This document shows positions 30,301 through 40,324 of a stretch of DNA of 64,000 bases, piece by piece. Below the pieces are notes generated by a model. That model saw nothing but the letters and a program-made list of their open reading frames with translations, made no database searches and was not told the DNA's origin. Made by a program: the position numbers and the translations under genes. The stretch comes from Promethearchaeota archaeon (GTDB lineage Archaea; Asgardarchaeota; Lokiarchaeia; Sigyniarchaeales; SOKP01), in NCBI GenBank assembly GCA_019057795.1, contig JAHLWS010000067.1:1-64000 (forward strand), read 5' to 3'. Within the stretch, counting starts at the first letter, position 1. Each line of letters opens with the position of its first letter.

Positions 30301-30770
30301 ATAATATGATTCCTATCTCTAACGGTCAAACATAATTGACAAATTTCATGATCTTTATCCTCGGTACACTTATTAAAATCAATTGTATAGAATTTGTCTA
30401 TGGCAGGGAATTCTTCTAAGGAAATCTGTCCTTCAGGTTCGATATTCTCGTGAAATGCGTTGGTAGGGCAAACCACGACACATAGCATGCAATAACAGCA
30501 TTTATCGTGATCAATAAAGAGTTTAGGGTTAGAATCGTCTAAGATATTTTGGGCAATCTCCGGAATTGGTCCTAGCTCTATAGCATCAACGGGGCAGACG
30601 AGTTTACATAAACTACATCCAATACATTTTTTAATGTCATAAGTTAAAACTTTCTTAACATCCTTATATTTCCAATTTAGAACTAATTGATCTATAGCAA
30701 TATCTAAGGTTTTCTCGATTTCCTCTTCTTTATCCTCGTCTAGTTTTTCTTTTGCTGAAGATTCAGTAAT
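30300..30770 (-). pseudogene. Orphaned 5' half of the polyferredoxin gene (ATT start)
   Basis: Open frame ITESSAKEKLDEDKEEEIEKTL..DQLVLNWKYKDVKKVLTYDIKKCIGCSLCKLVCPVDAIELGPIP..CCYCMLC..VRDRNHI, colinear with the first ~157 aa of 15677-16753; homology then stops abruptly. Confidence 0.92.
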
Positions 30771-30866
30771 TTTAATTCTCCCGAGAACTTTGTTAATATT
30801 ATTCTAATTATCTTAAATCGTGTTAATTAATTAATTTTAGCTCTTAAAAAATTCAAAAAAAAGGAG

Positions 30867-31367
30867 TTATGAATAATAAGACTGGCTTTCTCTATCAAAA
30901 CCATATACATATTCAATAGGCATGCCATCGGGTTGTTGTTCGGGTGGAACATACACAATTCTTAAATTAGGAATAAATGTGCCAATTCCATTTTTTGCGA
31001 GGATAATTACGGGATGGTCGGCTTCCCTAAAAATTTGTTCACTGATACTAAGAGTAATTGCTCTACATTGCCGCTCATCAATAACTCCTAACGAATGAAT
31101 GTATTCGTGAAGTAAGATGTGATAAGTGTATGCCCAGACGATTTCATAAGGTTGAGAATCCAAAATGATTTTTAAGGGAGATTTATTAATAACGATTTCC
31201 GTTCCAGGATGAAAATGCATCCCACCTATAAAACCTCCACGGATCATTCCCATTTCGACCAATCCTAAGCTTAATCCAGCTCGATGTCGCCCTAATATTT
31301 TTCTTACGTCCTTCTTAACGCTCTCAAATATTTCGGGCATTTTTTTCTTTAATTCGCTTAGGTTCAA
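30867..31367 (-). CDS. Conserved archaeal HExxH zinc-metallopeptidase-like protein
   Basis: RAGLSLGL, HILLHEYIHSLG..DE. GGTGG RBS with TTG start. Confidence 0.8.
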   Translation of the reverse strand: MNLSELKKKMPEIFESVKKDVRKILGRHRAGLSLGLVEMGMIRGGFIGGMHFHPGTEIVINKSPLKIILDSQPYEIVWAYTYHILLHEYIHSLGVIDERQCRAITLSISEQIFREADHPVIILAKNGIGTFIPNLRIVYVPPEQQPDGMPIEYVYGFDRESQSYYS

Positions 31368-31435
31368 TATACCACCTTATTAATTTCCTAATTTAAATTC
31401 TATGAATTGTAAAAAAAATCATAAAATGAATGATT

Positions 31436-32230
31436 TTAAAAGTCAAAAAACCAATCGTCGTCATCTTCCCATAGAAAATCCATGAATGACGATAAGTCCC
31501 TTAATAGATTTGTTACGTCTAATTTATGTGTTGCGCGTTTGAAAGGGTCTAAGTCTGAAAAAAATAGATCTTTCATGAGGTTATCAATATTAATCCTTTG
31601 ACGGAATTGAGCAGGATTATAAAATAATGTATAAAAAATTTCTCTTTCTAAATTTTCTAATTCAGGTCGCTTTTTTAAAAAGTCCTTTTGATAAGTATCG
31701 TTAATAATATTTTTTAATTCCACAATATAACATTCTTTATTTTGCAGTAATTTCCTTCTTTCTACTTCGAATTCCCTAATTTTATGTTCAATATCCTTGA
31801 TCTGTTCGCCTAAAAATCTGATTTTTTTATTTGGAGATTTAATGTTCTCAAATTTAGTAGCACATCCGATATCTTTTAGGTTAATAGATTTGGCATCTTC
31901 TTTAATCTCAGCCATACTATACTTGATATTGTAATAATCTGGAGAAATATTAATTCTGATTGAGAGATTGCTTTTTATTCGATATTTGCCACCGCGTTTT
32001 TCTTCACCGAACCTTTCAACTAGATTGTTAGTGCTTAAGAGATCTAACTGGCTATGTACTGCTTGCCTTGAGATACCTAAAATTTTAGCTAATTCTGATG
32101 GGGAGTGGGGAACTTTTGCCAGTTTTGATAATATAATTCTTCTAGTGGGATTTCCTAGAATTACTAATAGGCTATCTAAACTAATGAATTGTTTGGTCTG
32201 ACTCTCTTTTTCCACTTCCATTTTTATCAT
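31436..32230 (-). CDS. ArsR-family HTH regulator with coiled coil (HSR1/Phr-like heat-shock repressor candidate)
   Basis: LGNPTRRIIL..L...P.SPSELAK.LGISRQAVHSQL; co-oriented with cdc48 and hsp20. Confidence 0.85.
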   Translation of the reverse strand: MIKMEVEKESQTKQFISLDSLLVILGNPTRRIILSKLAKVPHSPSELAKILGISRQAVHSQLDLLSTNNLVERFGEEKRGGKYRIKSNLSIRINISPDYYNIKYSMAEIKEDAKSINLKDIGCATKFENIKSPNKKIRFLGEQIKDIEHKIREFEVERRKLLQNKECYIVELKNIINDTYQKDFLKKRPELENLEREIFYTLFYNPAQFRQRINIDNLMKDLFFSDLDPFKRATHKLDVTNLLRDLSSFMDFLWEDDDDWFFDF

Positions 32231-32255
32231 CTTTTTAATCTATTAATTTAAATTT

Positions 32256-34571
32256 TTATTTATACAGTTCTTCAGGTGCTTTTGAATATTGATCGTGAAT
32301 TTTTTTGGCTCTATCTGCTCCTTTAAGGATTTTTTCAAGTGCCTCATCGAAATCTGCTTTTGATATTACTACTTCATTAACTAATTGAGACCGAATGTGT
32401 TTAATTTTCTCTTCTAATTCTTTTATGTCTTTATTACTAGCTTTTTCTGATTGTAATTGTCCTAGTTGAATATTATAATCCTCTATTTCTTTCCTCTTTT
32501 CGTTAAAGGCTGGAATAGCTCTTCTGATTGTCAATAATGTCGCTTCTTCACAAAGGGCTTGGATATCTGCACCAGTATAGCACTCAAAAGCTTCAACTAA
32601 GCTCTCAATATTAACATTGCTTGCCAGTGGTTTATTTTCAAGGTGAATTTTTAATATAGCTTTACGTGATTCTAAATCTGGCATAGAAACCTCAATATGT
32701 CTTCCAAATCTTCCAGAACGCAATAATGCGGGATCAAGCATATCAGGTCGATTTGTCGCAGCGAGTAAAATAACATTTTTTAAATCTTCTAAACCGTCCA
32801 TTTCGGTTAATAGTTGGGAAAGGACTTGATCAGTCACTTCTGAACCTGCAGACCGCCCTCTCACCCCTGCAATTGCATCGATCTCGTCAAAAAATATAAT
32901 GCACGGAGCTGCTGATCTCGCTTTTCTAAATGTTTCTCTTACTGCCTTTGAACTTTCACCAACCCATTTAGATAGAAATTCTGGACCTTTCACTGAGATA
33001 AAATTGATTTCGGTTTCATGAGCTAAAGCTCTTGCTAATAGAGTTTTTCCAGTACCGGGGGGTCCAAATAATAAAATTCCACTTGGCGGTTTTGAAGATA
33101 AATGTTTATATAATTCAGGATACTTCAATGGCCATTCAATAATTTCTCTTAATTGTAATTTGGCATCTTCTAGTCCTCCAACATCTTCCCAAGTTTCTGT
33201 GGGTTGGGAAATAATTACTTCTCTTAAGGCCGAAGGTTCGATGTTATTTAACGCCAAAGTAAAATTTTCCATTTCTATTTTTATTGAATTTAAAATTTCA
33301 AAAGGAATTGGCTTGTCTAAATCTATTTTTGGAAGGATTTCTCTAATAGATAGCATCGCCGCTTCTTTAGCTAATGCTTCAATATCTGCACCTACAAAAC
33401 CATGAGTTTTTTCTGCAATAGTTCTAAGATCCACATCATCATCTAACGGCATACCACGCGTGTGAATTTGTAATATTTCATATCGACCGTGCGTATCAGG
33501 TACGCCAATCTCAATTTCTTTGTCAAATCTACCAGGCCTTCTTAGTGCAATATCAATATCGTTTACTCGGTTTGTTGCTCCAATGACGATAATTTCGCCT
33601 CTTCCTTCTAAACCATCGAGTAAAGAGAGTAACTGAGCAACTACCCTTCTTTCAACCTCTCCAGTGACTTCCCCTCTTTTTGGGGCTATCGAATCTAATT
33701 CATCGATAAATATTATTGAAGGAGCGTTATTCTTAGCGTCGTCAAAAATATTCCTAAGGTTTTGTTCACTTTGTCCATAAAACTTACTCATAATTTCAGG
33801 ACCGCTAATTGTAATAAAATGAGCGTCAGTCTCGAAAGCTACCGCCCTTGCTAATAAAGTTTTACCCGTTCCTGGAGGACCATAAAGCAAGACTCCCTTA
33901 GGAGGATCTATTCCTATTCTTTTGAACAATTCAGGATGTCTCATTGGTAATTCGATCATTTCACGAATTCTCTGAATTTCATCTTCTAATCCACCAATAT
34001 CCTCATAGCTTACTCTTGATTTTTCTCTTTCTACAAGTTCTTTATGTGTTTTTTCGCTTAATCTAATTTTTGTTCCAAGATGAATTCTGACCGCAATAGC
34101 CTTTGGTTCAAAATCTACGATTATTAAGTCGTATTTTTTACGATAATTCCAAAAGCTTATAACATCATCTTTAGTTATTACTCTATTTTCTAGTAACCTA
34201 TTTAGTTGTCTAGGGCTAATTATAACTGGCTCTGTTAAACTTGCGAATACTACTTTGTCAGCCAAAATCGCTTCAATTTTACGAATCTCTACGTAATCAT
34301 CAATCGTTACTTGTATATTCCTTCTTAAAGAAGAATCGAGCCTTAAGACACCAGTCCCTTTGTCTTCGGGTTTACCGGGATATAATAATGCGGCTGTCCT
34401 TGACTTAGTTAAGGGGGCATATATCTCAATCGCATCACCATTCTTTAAGTTTAACTTGCGGGTTATATCAGGGTCAATTCTTACTCTACCTTTGCCAGAA
34501 TCTTCTTTGAATGCGTCTTTTACTCTTAACCTATTTTCTTTTCCTTCATAACCACTTGAAATCCCACTCAT
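32256..34571 (-). CDS. cdc48: Cdc48/VAT AAA+ ATPase
   Basis: N-domain plus two AAA modules (GPPGTGKT twice, FIDELD/FFDEID, RRPGRFD/LRSGRF). C-terminal LYK fits HbYX. Confidence 0.96.
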   Translation of the reverse strand: MSGISSGYEGKENRLRVKDAFKEDSGKGRVRIDPDITRKLNLKNGDAIEIYAPLTKSRTAALLYPGKPEDKGTGVLRLDSSLRRNIQVTIDDYVEIRKIEAILADKVVFASLTEPVIISPRQLNRLLENRVITKDDVISFWNYRKKYDLIIVDFEPKAIAVRIHLGTKIRLSEKTHKELVEREKSRVSYEDIGGLEDEIQRIREMIELPMRHPELFKRIGIDPPKGVLLYGPPGTGKTLLARAVAFETDAHFITISGPEIMSKFYGQSEQNLRNIFDDAKNNAPSIIFIDELDSIAPKRGEVTGEVERRVVAQLLSLLDGLEGRGEIIVIGATNRVNDIDIALRRPGRFDKEIEIGVPDTHGRYEILQIHTRGMPLDDDVDLRTIAEKTHGFVGADIEALAKEAAMLSIREILPKIDLDKPIPFEILNSIKIEMENFTLALNNIEPSALREVIISQPTETWEDVGGLEDAKLQLREIIEWPLKYPELYKHLSSKPPSGILLFGPPGTGKTLLARALAHETEINFISVKGPEFLSKWVGESSKAVRETFRKARSAAPCIIFFDEIDAIAGVRGRSAGSEVTDQVLSQLLTEMDGLEDLKNVILLAATNRPDMLDPALLRSGRFGRHIEVSMPDLESRKAILKIHLENKPLASNVNIESLVEAFECYTGADIQALCEEATLLTIRRAIPAFNEKRKEIEDYNIQLGQLQSEKASNKDIKELEEKIKHIRSQLVNEVVISKADFDEALEKILKGADRAKKIHDQYSKAPEELYK

Positions 34572-34575
34572 CTTT

Positions 34576-35214
34576 TTATACCTGTTTGTTTATTTTTCGC
34601 ATAATAATAGATACAATTCCGTTGTTGATCTCTACAACATGGTCCTTCATAGTGGATTCAAACGGTAATTGTAGTTCCTTTTCAAAATTTTGGAAATTAC
34701 TTTCAGTCATTATTTTCAGTTTTCTTCCATCCTCGCTTAAACTTAAAATAATATGGCCTTTTTCTATTCCTGGAAGTTCTATGACAATTTCAGCGTAATC
34801 ATCATACACATTTAATTCGTTATAAGGTTCTTTTTCCATGGAGTCTTCTCGCTCAAAATCCGGTTTTAAGGAAAGCGTACCTACATCCATTACCTGTTTT
34901 TTTCCCGATTTTCTTAACATTTTAAATTGCGGGTATGATGAAAGGTTCAATTTCTTAAAATATTCTTGAAGTTTTTTCTCGTCAAAATCGCCTTCGATCT
35001 TTATCTCTGGTTTTTCCATTCCAGATTCAAAATGATATGTGACCTTAAATCCTTCTACTTTTTTATTTTGGAGATTTAAGTTTGGATCGAAATTTGATTC
35101 AGGCAAAAATAAAAAATCCACATTAAAAGTACCTTTATCTATTTTAAAGAATTCTTTAATCCGTTCTAAAAAATCATAATAATCGTCATCAAACTCGTCT
35201 GACAAAAAGATCAC
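34576..35214 (-). CDS. Small heat-shock protein (Hsp20/alpha-crystallin)
   Basis: EP...[10 protein letters not shown]...FEKELQLP...INNGIVSI alpha-crystallin pattern. Confidence 0.85.
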   Translation of the reverse strand: MIFLSDEFDDDYYDFLERIKEFFKIDKGTFNVDFLFLPESNFDPNLNLQNKKVEGFKVTYHFESGMEKPEIKIEGDFDEKKLQEYFKKLNLSSYPQFKMLRKSGKKQVMDVGTLSLKPDFEREDSMEKEPYNELNVYDDYAEIVIELPGIEKGHIILSLSEDGRKLKIMTESNFQNFEKELQLPFESTMKDHVVEINNGIVSIIMRKINKQV

Positions 35215-35227
35215 CTTCTAGAAAATT

Positions 35228-35248
35228 ATGTCAACTTCTAATTGACAT
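35228..35248. promoter_or_regulatory. Inverted repeat ATGTCAA-N7-TTGACAT, candidate operator of the heat-shock operon
   Basis: Perfect 7-bp arms immediately upstream of the hsp20 start. Confidence 0.6.
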
Positions 35249-35352
35249 TAGGTGCTTTACCTATTTTAATGTATCGATTTTTTAAAATAAGAGGTTAACA
35301 CTTAAAAAAAAAAGATTTCTTACTTAAGCAATTTAAGAAAAAGAAGGAATAT

Positions 35353-35946
35353 CTATTCCATTAGAGAAATTAATTGCGATTTGTGTATTTTTTTAAATAT
35401 TAAACCAATTAAATCTTCAAAAGACTCTACAACACCTACTCCTTGTATTGCGATAGTTTTTTTGATTTTAAAGTTCTTATGTTTAAAATAATTAATATTT
35501 TCTAAAAACTCAGAGGTATCAAATGTATCCGGTAAATCTTGTTTGTTAAACGCGAGGATTTTGGGCATTTTAATGAGATAGTCTCCGAAATAATTACATA
35601 ATTCGTTCCAAGAAGTTAAATTTCTGTAGTAAACACTTTGCTGTGAGTCCGCTACAAAAATAATTCCATCGATAGCTTGTAGTGTAATTGGTCTTGTAAT
35701 TATATAGAAATCTTGACCCGTTGTAGAATAAAGGTGTATTTTAAGGAGCCATTGTTGGTTTTTGAACGAAATGGTTCCGTAATCAAAGAATAACGTTCTA
35801 CCTACGCTACTCTCAATACTTAACACTTTATCCTTCTTTCCAAAATGATTAAAGAGCGATTTCATAGTGGTGGTTTTCCCTGAAAGTGCGGGACCAAAAT
35901 AACAAATTTTTAATTGAATAGTTTGATTTAAATGATCTATTATCAT
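35353..35946 (-). CDS. MglA-like small GTPase
   Basis: GPALSGKTT, RTLFFD, TTGQ, DGIIFVADS, NKQD, AIQG.GV. Confidence 0.9.
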   Translation of the reverse strand: MIIDHLNQTIQLKICYFGPALSGKTTTMKSLFNHFGKKDKVLSIESSVGRTLFFDYGTISFKNQQWLLKIHLYSTTGQDFYIITRPITLQAIDGIIFVADSQQSVYYRNLTSWNELCNYFGDYLIKMPKILAFNKQDLPDTFDTSEFLENINYFKHKNFKIKKTIAIQGVGVVESFEDLIGLIFKKIHKSQLISLME

Positions 35947-36059
35947 TTTCTACTTTTTTTAAATTGGTTTTTGTCTTATATTTTGATTAGAAGTATATTA
36001 ATTTCTATTTTTTTTTTTCCAAAATAAATGTAATATTAATAGGAGATAAACGCAAGGAA

Positions 36060-37121
36060 TTAAGCATAACTTAGTCTTACTTCCTTAATGACTTGATAAG
36101 TTCTTCGCAATAATTCATATGCAACTTGTGGAGGATTCCATCCTTTAAGTCCACAATCGGGTCCTACAAATTTAAGTCGGTCTTCATAATGTTTAATAGC
36201 AAAAAGTAAATTCTTCTTGATGAATTCTTTTGAATCTATTAAGTTCATAGTTCCTTCAAATGTTTTAAGTCCATCAAGTGAGGCCCCTGCATCCAATTTT
36301 TCAGCCATTATACTATTAATATTCGTTCTCGTGATACCGACACGTATGAACTTATCATACTTTTCTAAGTCATTTTTTGGAATGATATTAGAATGATCAG
36401 AGGCATATTCACAAGTGAGTACATCTATATTTTTTGCCTGAATAGGAATTGAGTATTTTTTTAAAGTGTGAAGGTGGATTTGGATAATACCATCTATTCC
36501 TTCCACAGTTTTATCAAATGCTTTAATTAACGCATCTTCTTCAATGTTAAACATATCAACATACCCAAATGAAGGTTCATCTATCGAGATGATGGAATTT
36601 TGAAGATATTTAGTGTTTTTTATTGATTGTTTCAATATGGTATTAAGGGACTTAGCAAAATTGAACGCTAAATCAGAATATATCGTAAAACCATGCTTTT
36701 TTATGTATAATTCTATGGGTCCGGTAATACATACTTTTATTTTAAGCGCATTTCCAGTTCTCTCATAATAATCTTTCGCAAATCGTTCTAAAATGAAAAG
36801 TTCGGGAATAATAGCTTTTTTAGAATCAATCAAAGATGGCTCCAATTCATAATCTTCAATAGGTTTTAAAAATTGGGTATACATATCCATATGTTGGGGA
36901 TAATTTATTATTTCTACCCCGGCGTTTAATTTTAGCTGAAACGATTGGAGAAAGGGATGGATGAAAAAATTATAAATTCCTCTATTTTCAAATATATCTG
37001 CGTTATTTACAATTCCCTTGTATCCTGTCCAATAAAATTGCTTGAACTTCTCATAATCAATGTAATCTGGTAATGGAAAACTACCAACATCGTCAAATTG
37101 GGGAAATTCAAATTCATCCAT
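36060..37121 (-). CDS. Cobalamin-independent methionine synthase catalytic-domain family (archaeal core MetE-like)
   Basis: DVGSFP, CITGP, IDEPS, IHLH, GPDCGL zinc motifs. Confidence 0.78.
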   Translation of the reverse strand: MDEFEFPQFDDVGSFPLPDYIDYEKFKQFYWTGYKGIVNNADIFENRGIYNFFIHPFLQSFQLKLNAGVEIINYPQHMDMYTQFLKPIEDYELEPSLIDSKKAIIPELFILERFAKDYYERTGNALKIKVCITGPIELYIKKHGFTIYSDLAFNFAKSLNTILKQSIKNTKYLQNSIISIDEPSFGYVDMFNIEEDALIKAFDKTVEGIDGIIQIHLHTLKKYSIPIQAKNIDVLTCEYASDHSNIIPKNDLEKYDKFIRVGITRTNINSIMAEKLDAGASLDGLKTFEGTMNLIDSKEFIKKNLLFAIKHYEDRLKFVGPDCGLKGWNPPQVAYELLRRTYQVIKEVRLSYA

Positions 37122-37181
37122 TAATCAAACACAAACTCTAATATCGTTAATCATAAATAATCTGTTATAACAGATATATTT

Positions 37182-38240
37182 ATGGAACAAGAGTTAATTA
37201 GTAAACAAATAAAAAGAAAGAAAAATCAGCAAATTGCTGAATTAGCGCTAGCTGCTAAAACTGCTAAGGAGAGAAATGGAAAGCCATTTATATTTCACTT
37301 TCTTACAACTTTAAAATGTAATTGCGATTGTGAAACTTGTCTTTGGAAAGATAATACGAAAAAAGATGAACTAACACTTGAGGAAATCAAGCGCATATAT
37401 TTGGAAGCAAAGGAAGCAGGATTTTTAGTTACTATTCTCTGGGGTGGAGAACCTCTCCTTAGAAAAGATATTACTGAAATTATTAAATTTGTTAAAAGGG
37501 AGTTAAAGTTTACAATTGTTGGAATAGTTACGAATGGCTGGTTCCTTCCAGATAAAATCAAAGAATTTGGAGATGATATAGATTTTATTCTTATATCTCT
37601 GGACTCCCCTAGACCTGAAGAACATGATCAGATTAGAGGGTTGCCTGGATTGTATGATAAAATAATGGATTCTGTTACTATTGTTAAAGAAAGCTATCCA
37701 TTGATTTCACTACAATTTAGCTTTTCAATTAGTAAATATAATATAAATCGTGTTGAGGAAATGATAATTTTATCTGATAAAATGGGAATTCCCGTAGCTT
37801 TTAATGTAATAAATACTGTTCGCCATTATTCACATGGTGATGTAGATGAGAAAGGCATACTTTCTGCGAATGATAACGATATTAGTAAAGCATTTGAAAG
37901 AATTTTAGACGCTAAGAAGAACGGTTCGAAAATATTAAATTCAGAAATGTATCTAAACCATTTTATTGGTGGTAAAAAGCAATACCGATGCCACGCAAAA
38001 AAGGTTTTCATGTTTGTAAACTACAACGGAGACATTGAAAATTGTCTTCAGATTGATAAACCTATAGCTAATTTACGACAAACATCTGTTAGTGAAGTGT
38101 TACAACTTCCTCAATTTGTTAAATTCATTAAAGAGAGCGAGAAATGTTATAGCTGTAATTCTCCCACAATGATCGACACAAGTTATTTATGGGATGATCT
38201 GAGATTGTTAACAAAATCAGGAGGTATTTCATTTGGTTAG
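37182..38240 (+). CDS. Radical SAM protein with Twitch/SPASM-like extension
   Basis: CNCDCETC (CxxxCxxC), GGEPLL, TNG, SLD, C-terminal C...C...CYSC. Confidence 0.9.
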   Translation: MEQELISKQIKRKKNQQIAELALAAKTAKERNGKPFIFHFLTTLKCNCDCETCLWKDNTKKDELTLEEIKRIYLEAKEAGFLVTILWGGEPLLRKDITEIIKFVKRELKFTIVGIVTNGWFLPDKIKEFGDDIDFILISLDSPRPEEHDQIRGLPGLYDKIMDSVTIVKESYPLISLQFSFSISKYNINRVEEMIILSDKMGIPVAFNVINTVRHYSHGDVDEKGILSANDNDISKAFERILDAKKNGSKILNSEMYLNHFIGGKKQYRCHAKKVFMFVNYNGDIENCLQIDKPIANLRQTSVSEVLQLPQFVKFIKESEKCYSCNSPTMIDTSYLWDDLRLLTKSGGISFG

Positions 38241-38256
38241 ATTTTTATTATCTCAT

Positions 38257-40236
38257 CTAATAGTATTTCTCTATTAAAAGATCTATTTCTTTCTCTTCCA
38301 AACCAAATAATTCAAAAAGGAGTCTATCAATAATTTCTTGAACTGATTGTTGATTATTTTGTTCTATGAATTTGAATATTTCATTTAATAGCTTCCTATT
38401 CCTGTCGTTAGAAAAAAGTTCTAATTCAAGAATTTTTTCCTTGATTTCTTTTAATTTCTGAGGTTTCTTGATATTGGTGAACTTAATCATCCATATAGCT
38501 AAGAGTTTTATTAAGGATATTTTAGAACCTTCTTCGTCAGATTGAAACATTTGTGAATTTGGAATATATAATTGGTCTTCTAATTTCGTCTTACTTCTTT
38601 TGATTGAAATGTTATTCGCTTTAAATAAGAAATTAACTAATTTTGAATTTAAATAAGCAATAAGAAATAAAAAATCTACTCTCGTCTCGTCATCTTTCGG
38701 CCATAAGAAGTAGGTGTCGGAAGTCGCGTAATAAGTCTCTTCAGAATAGCCAAATATGTTCTCATTTGAGATGTATTTGAAGAAAATCTTTTGGTTTTTG
38801 TCATATAAGGGCTCAAGGTCTGTTATAATCCGCTTGGTGTCAATCCCATTCCTAATAATAAAACTGCCCCTTCGAGGAAAATATAAATCTTTTACGTTTT
38901 CTTTTGCGTTTGTTAATATTTTTTCCAGTTCCTCTTTGTATTGATGTAGATAAGATGTTAGTGTGGGGTATTTTTTTTTTAAAAGCTCATTCCTTTTGTT
39001 CTTATCTCGATTTTTAAATTCTTCTTTATTGAAGTATACGATATATCCATGAAAATCTTCCATTTTATAACCATAAGACCTAATGGATCTACTTTTATAA
39101 ATTTTTTTTAGTCTTTTCTTTTCTTCCTCGTTTAATTTAACAAATTCACCGTTGATTTTGACGAATACTTCGTTATCTCTAAGTTTTAGATTTTCATTAA
39201 GATTTAAAATAAAAATCTCGTCTTTAATTAATATCAGTCCATTTCTAATAATAAAGTAATCTTTTAAGAAAGTTGTTTTACCTTTAATTATACAAAAGGA
39301 CTTAATTTGATCAACAATTTTTTTTACTTCAATTGGATACAAAAGATTCCAGCTGCCTTTACTATTTAGCTCTCTGTTAGTTAAGGCTGATTGATATCGC
39401 GTAACAAAATTGTGATTTAAGGAGTGTTCCAAGGAACGGTTCAAAGCATCAAAAATAACATTATTGGCGTTGTCATTAAATTGATTTTGGGGTTTAGAAC
39501 TTGAAATTTGTACTACTTCTATTTTCCTATTTGTTTTTTTTAGCTTATCGTTTTCTGTCTTCTTTTGAAGTGAAAAAATACAGTTATGCTGTCCTTGGGC
39601 ATCTCTAAATACTCTTATCCTCGATAAATCAATATATTGAATTAAAAAACACTCGTCTAATATGTGTGGTTTCAATAATTTAATGCCTGTTTTCTTGGAT
39701 TTGGTAATCCAATAATTTGTTGTGATATAAGAAAGAATTCCACCGGGTTTCAACTTAGCTATTCCAAGGTGGATAAAAAAATAAAACAAGTCCATATTGC
39801 CAACGAAGTATTCGCGACAAAAGGGATATTTCTTTATCAAGTTCTGAAAAACTTTTGCGTTATAATTTTGACCTAAGTAAGGAGGGTTTCCAATTATAAC
39901 ATCGAATTTTTCGTTAATATCTGAACCTAAAAAATTTTCAAAACGAAATTGAACGTTAGGATAATTTTTAACCAATTGCGATTTTAAACGATTATCAATT
40001 TCATACGCAGTTATGTTTGTGAGATTATATTCCAAGAGATATTTTAAAAAAACGCCTTCCCCTGTTGTAGGATCAAGAACCTTTAAATCGTTAATTTTAA
40101 TATTAAATTTATCTTCATAGTTTAAAGTTTTAAGTAGCTCGAGAACATTTGAAACCATAAACTTAGCGATATAGTTAGGTGTAAAAATTTGTCCAATAAC
40201 AGCGTTTTGTTCTTTTATATCCTTTTTTGTATCCAT
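38257..40236 (-). CDS. Gamma-class N6-adenine DNA methyltransferase (Eco57I/TaqI-like), apparently orphan
   Basis: GQIFTP, VLDPTTGEGVF, IGNPPY, YLNSKL. No adjacent endonuclease. Confidence 0.88.
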   Translation of the reverse strand: MDTKKDIKEQNAVIGQIFTPNYIAKFMVSNVLELLKTLNYEDKFNIKINDLKVLDPTTGEGVFLKYLLEYNLTNITAYEIDNRLKSQLVKNYPNVQFRFENFLGSDINEKFDVIIGNPPYLGQNYNAKVFQNLIKKYPFCREYFVGNMDLFYFFIHLGIAKLKPGGILSYITTNYWITKSKKTGIKLLKPHILDECFLIQYIDLSRIRVFRDAQGQHNCIFSLQKKTENDKLKKTNRKIEVVQISSSKPQNQFNDNANNVIFDALNRSLEHSLNHNFVTRYQSALTNRELNSKGSWNLLYPIEVKKIVDQIKSFCIIKGKTTFLKDYFIIRNGLILIKDEIFILNLNENLKLRDNEVFVKINGEFVKLNEEEKKRLKKIYKSRSIRSYGYKMEDFHGYIVYFNKEEFKNRDKNKRNELLKKKYPTLTSYLHQYKEELEKILTNAKENVKDLYFPRRGSFIIRNGIDTKRIITDLEPLYDKNQKIFFKYISNENIFGYSEETYYATSDTYFLWPKDDETRVDFLFLIAYLNSKLVNFLFKANNISIKRSKTKLEDQLYIPNSQMFQSDEEGSKISLIKLLAIWMIKFTNIKKPQKLKEIKEKILELELFSNDRNRKLLNEIFKFIEQNNQQSVQEIIDRLLFELFGLEEKEIDLLIEKYY

Positions 40237-40324
40237 CTAATCTTAATATTAGTTTATAACCTCTAAAAAGGTGATGTTTTTCTAAAAAGAAAGGAAAAAA
40301 AAGATAAAGTTTTATTTATTACTG

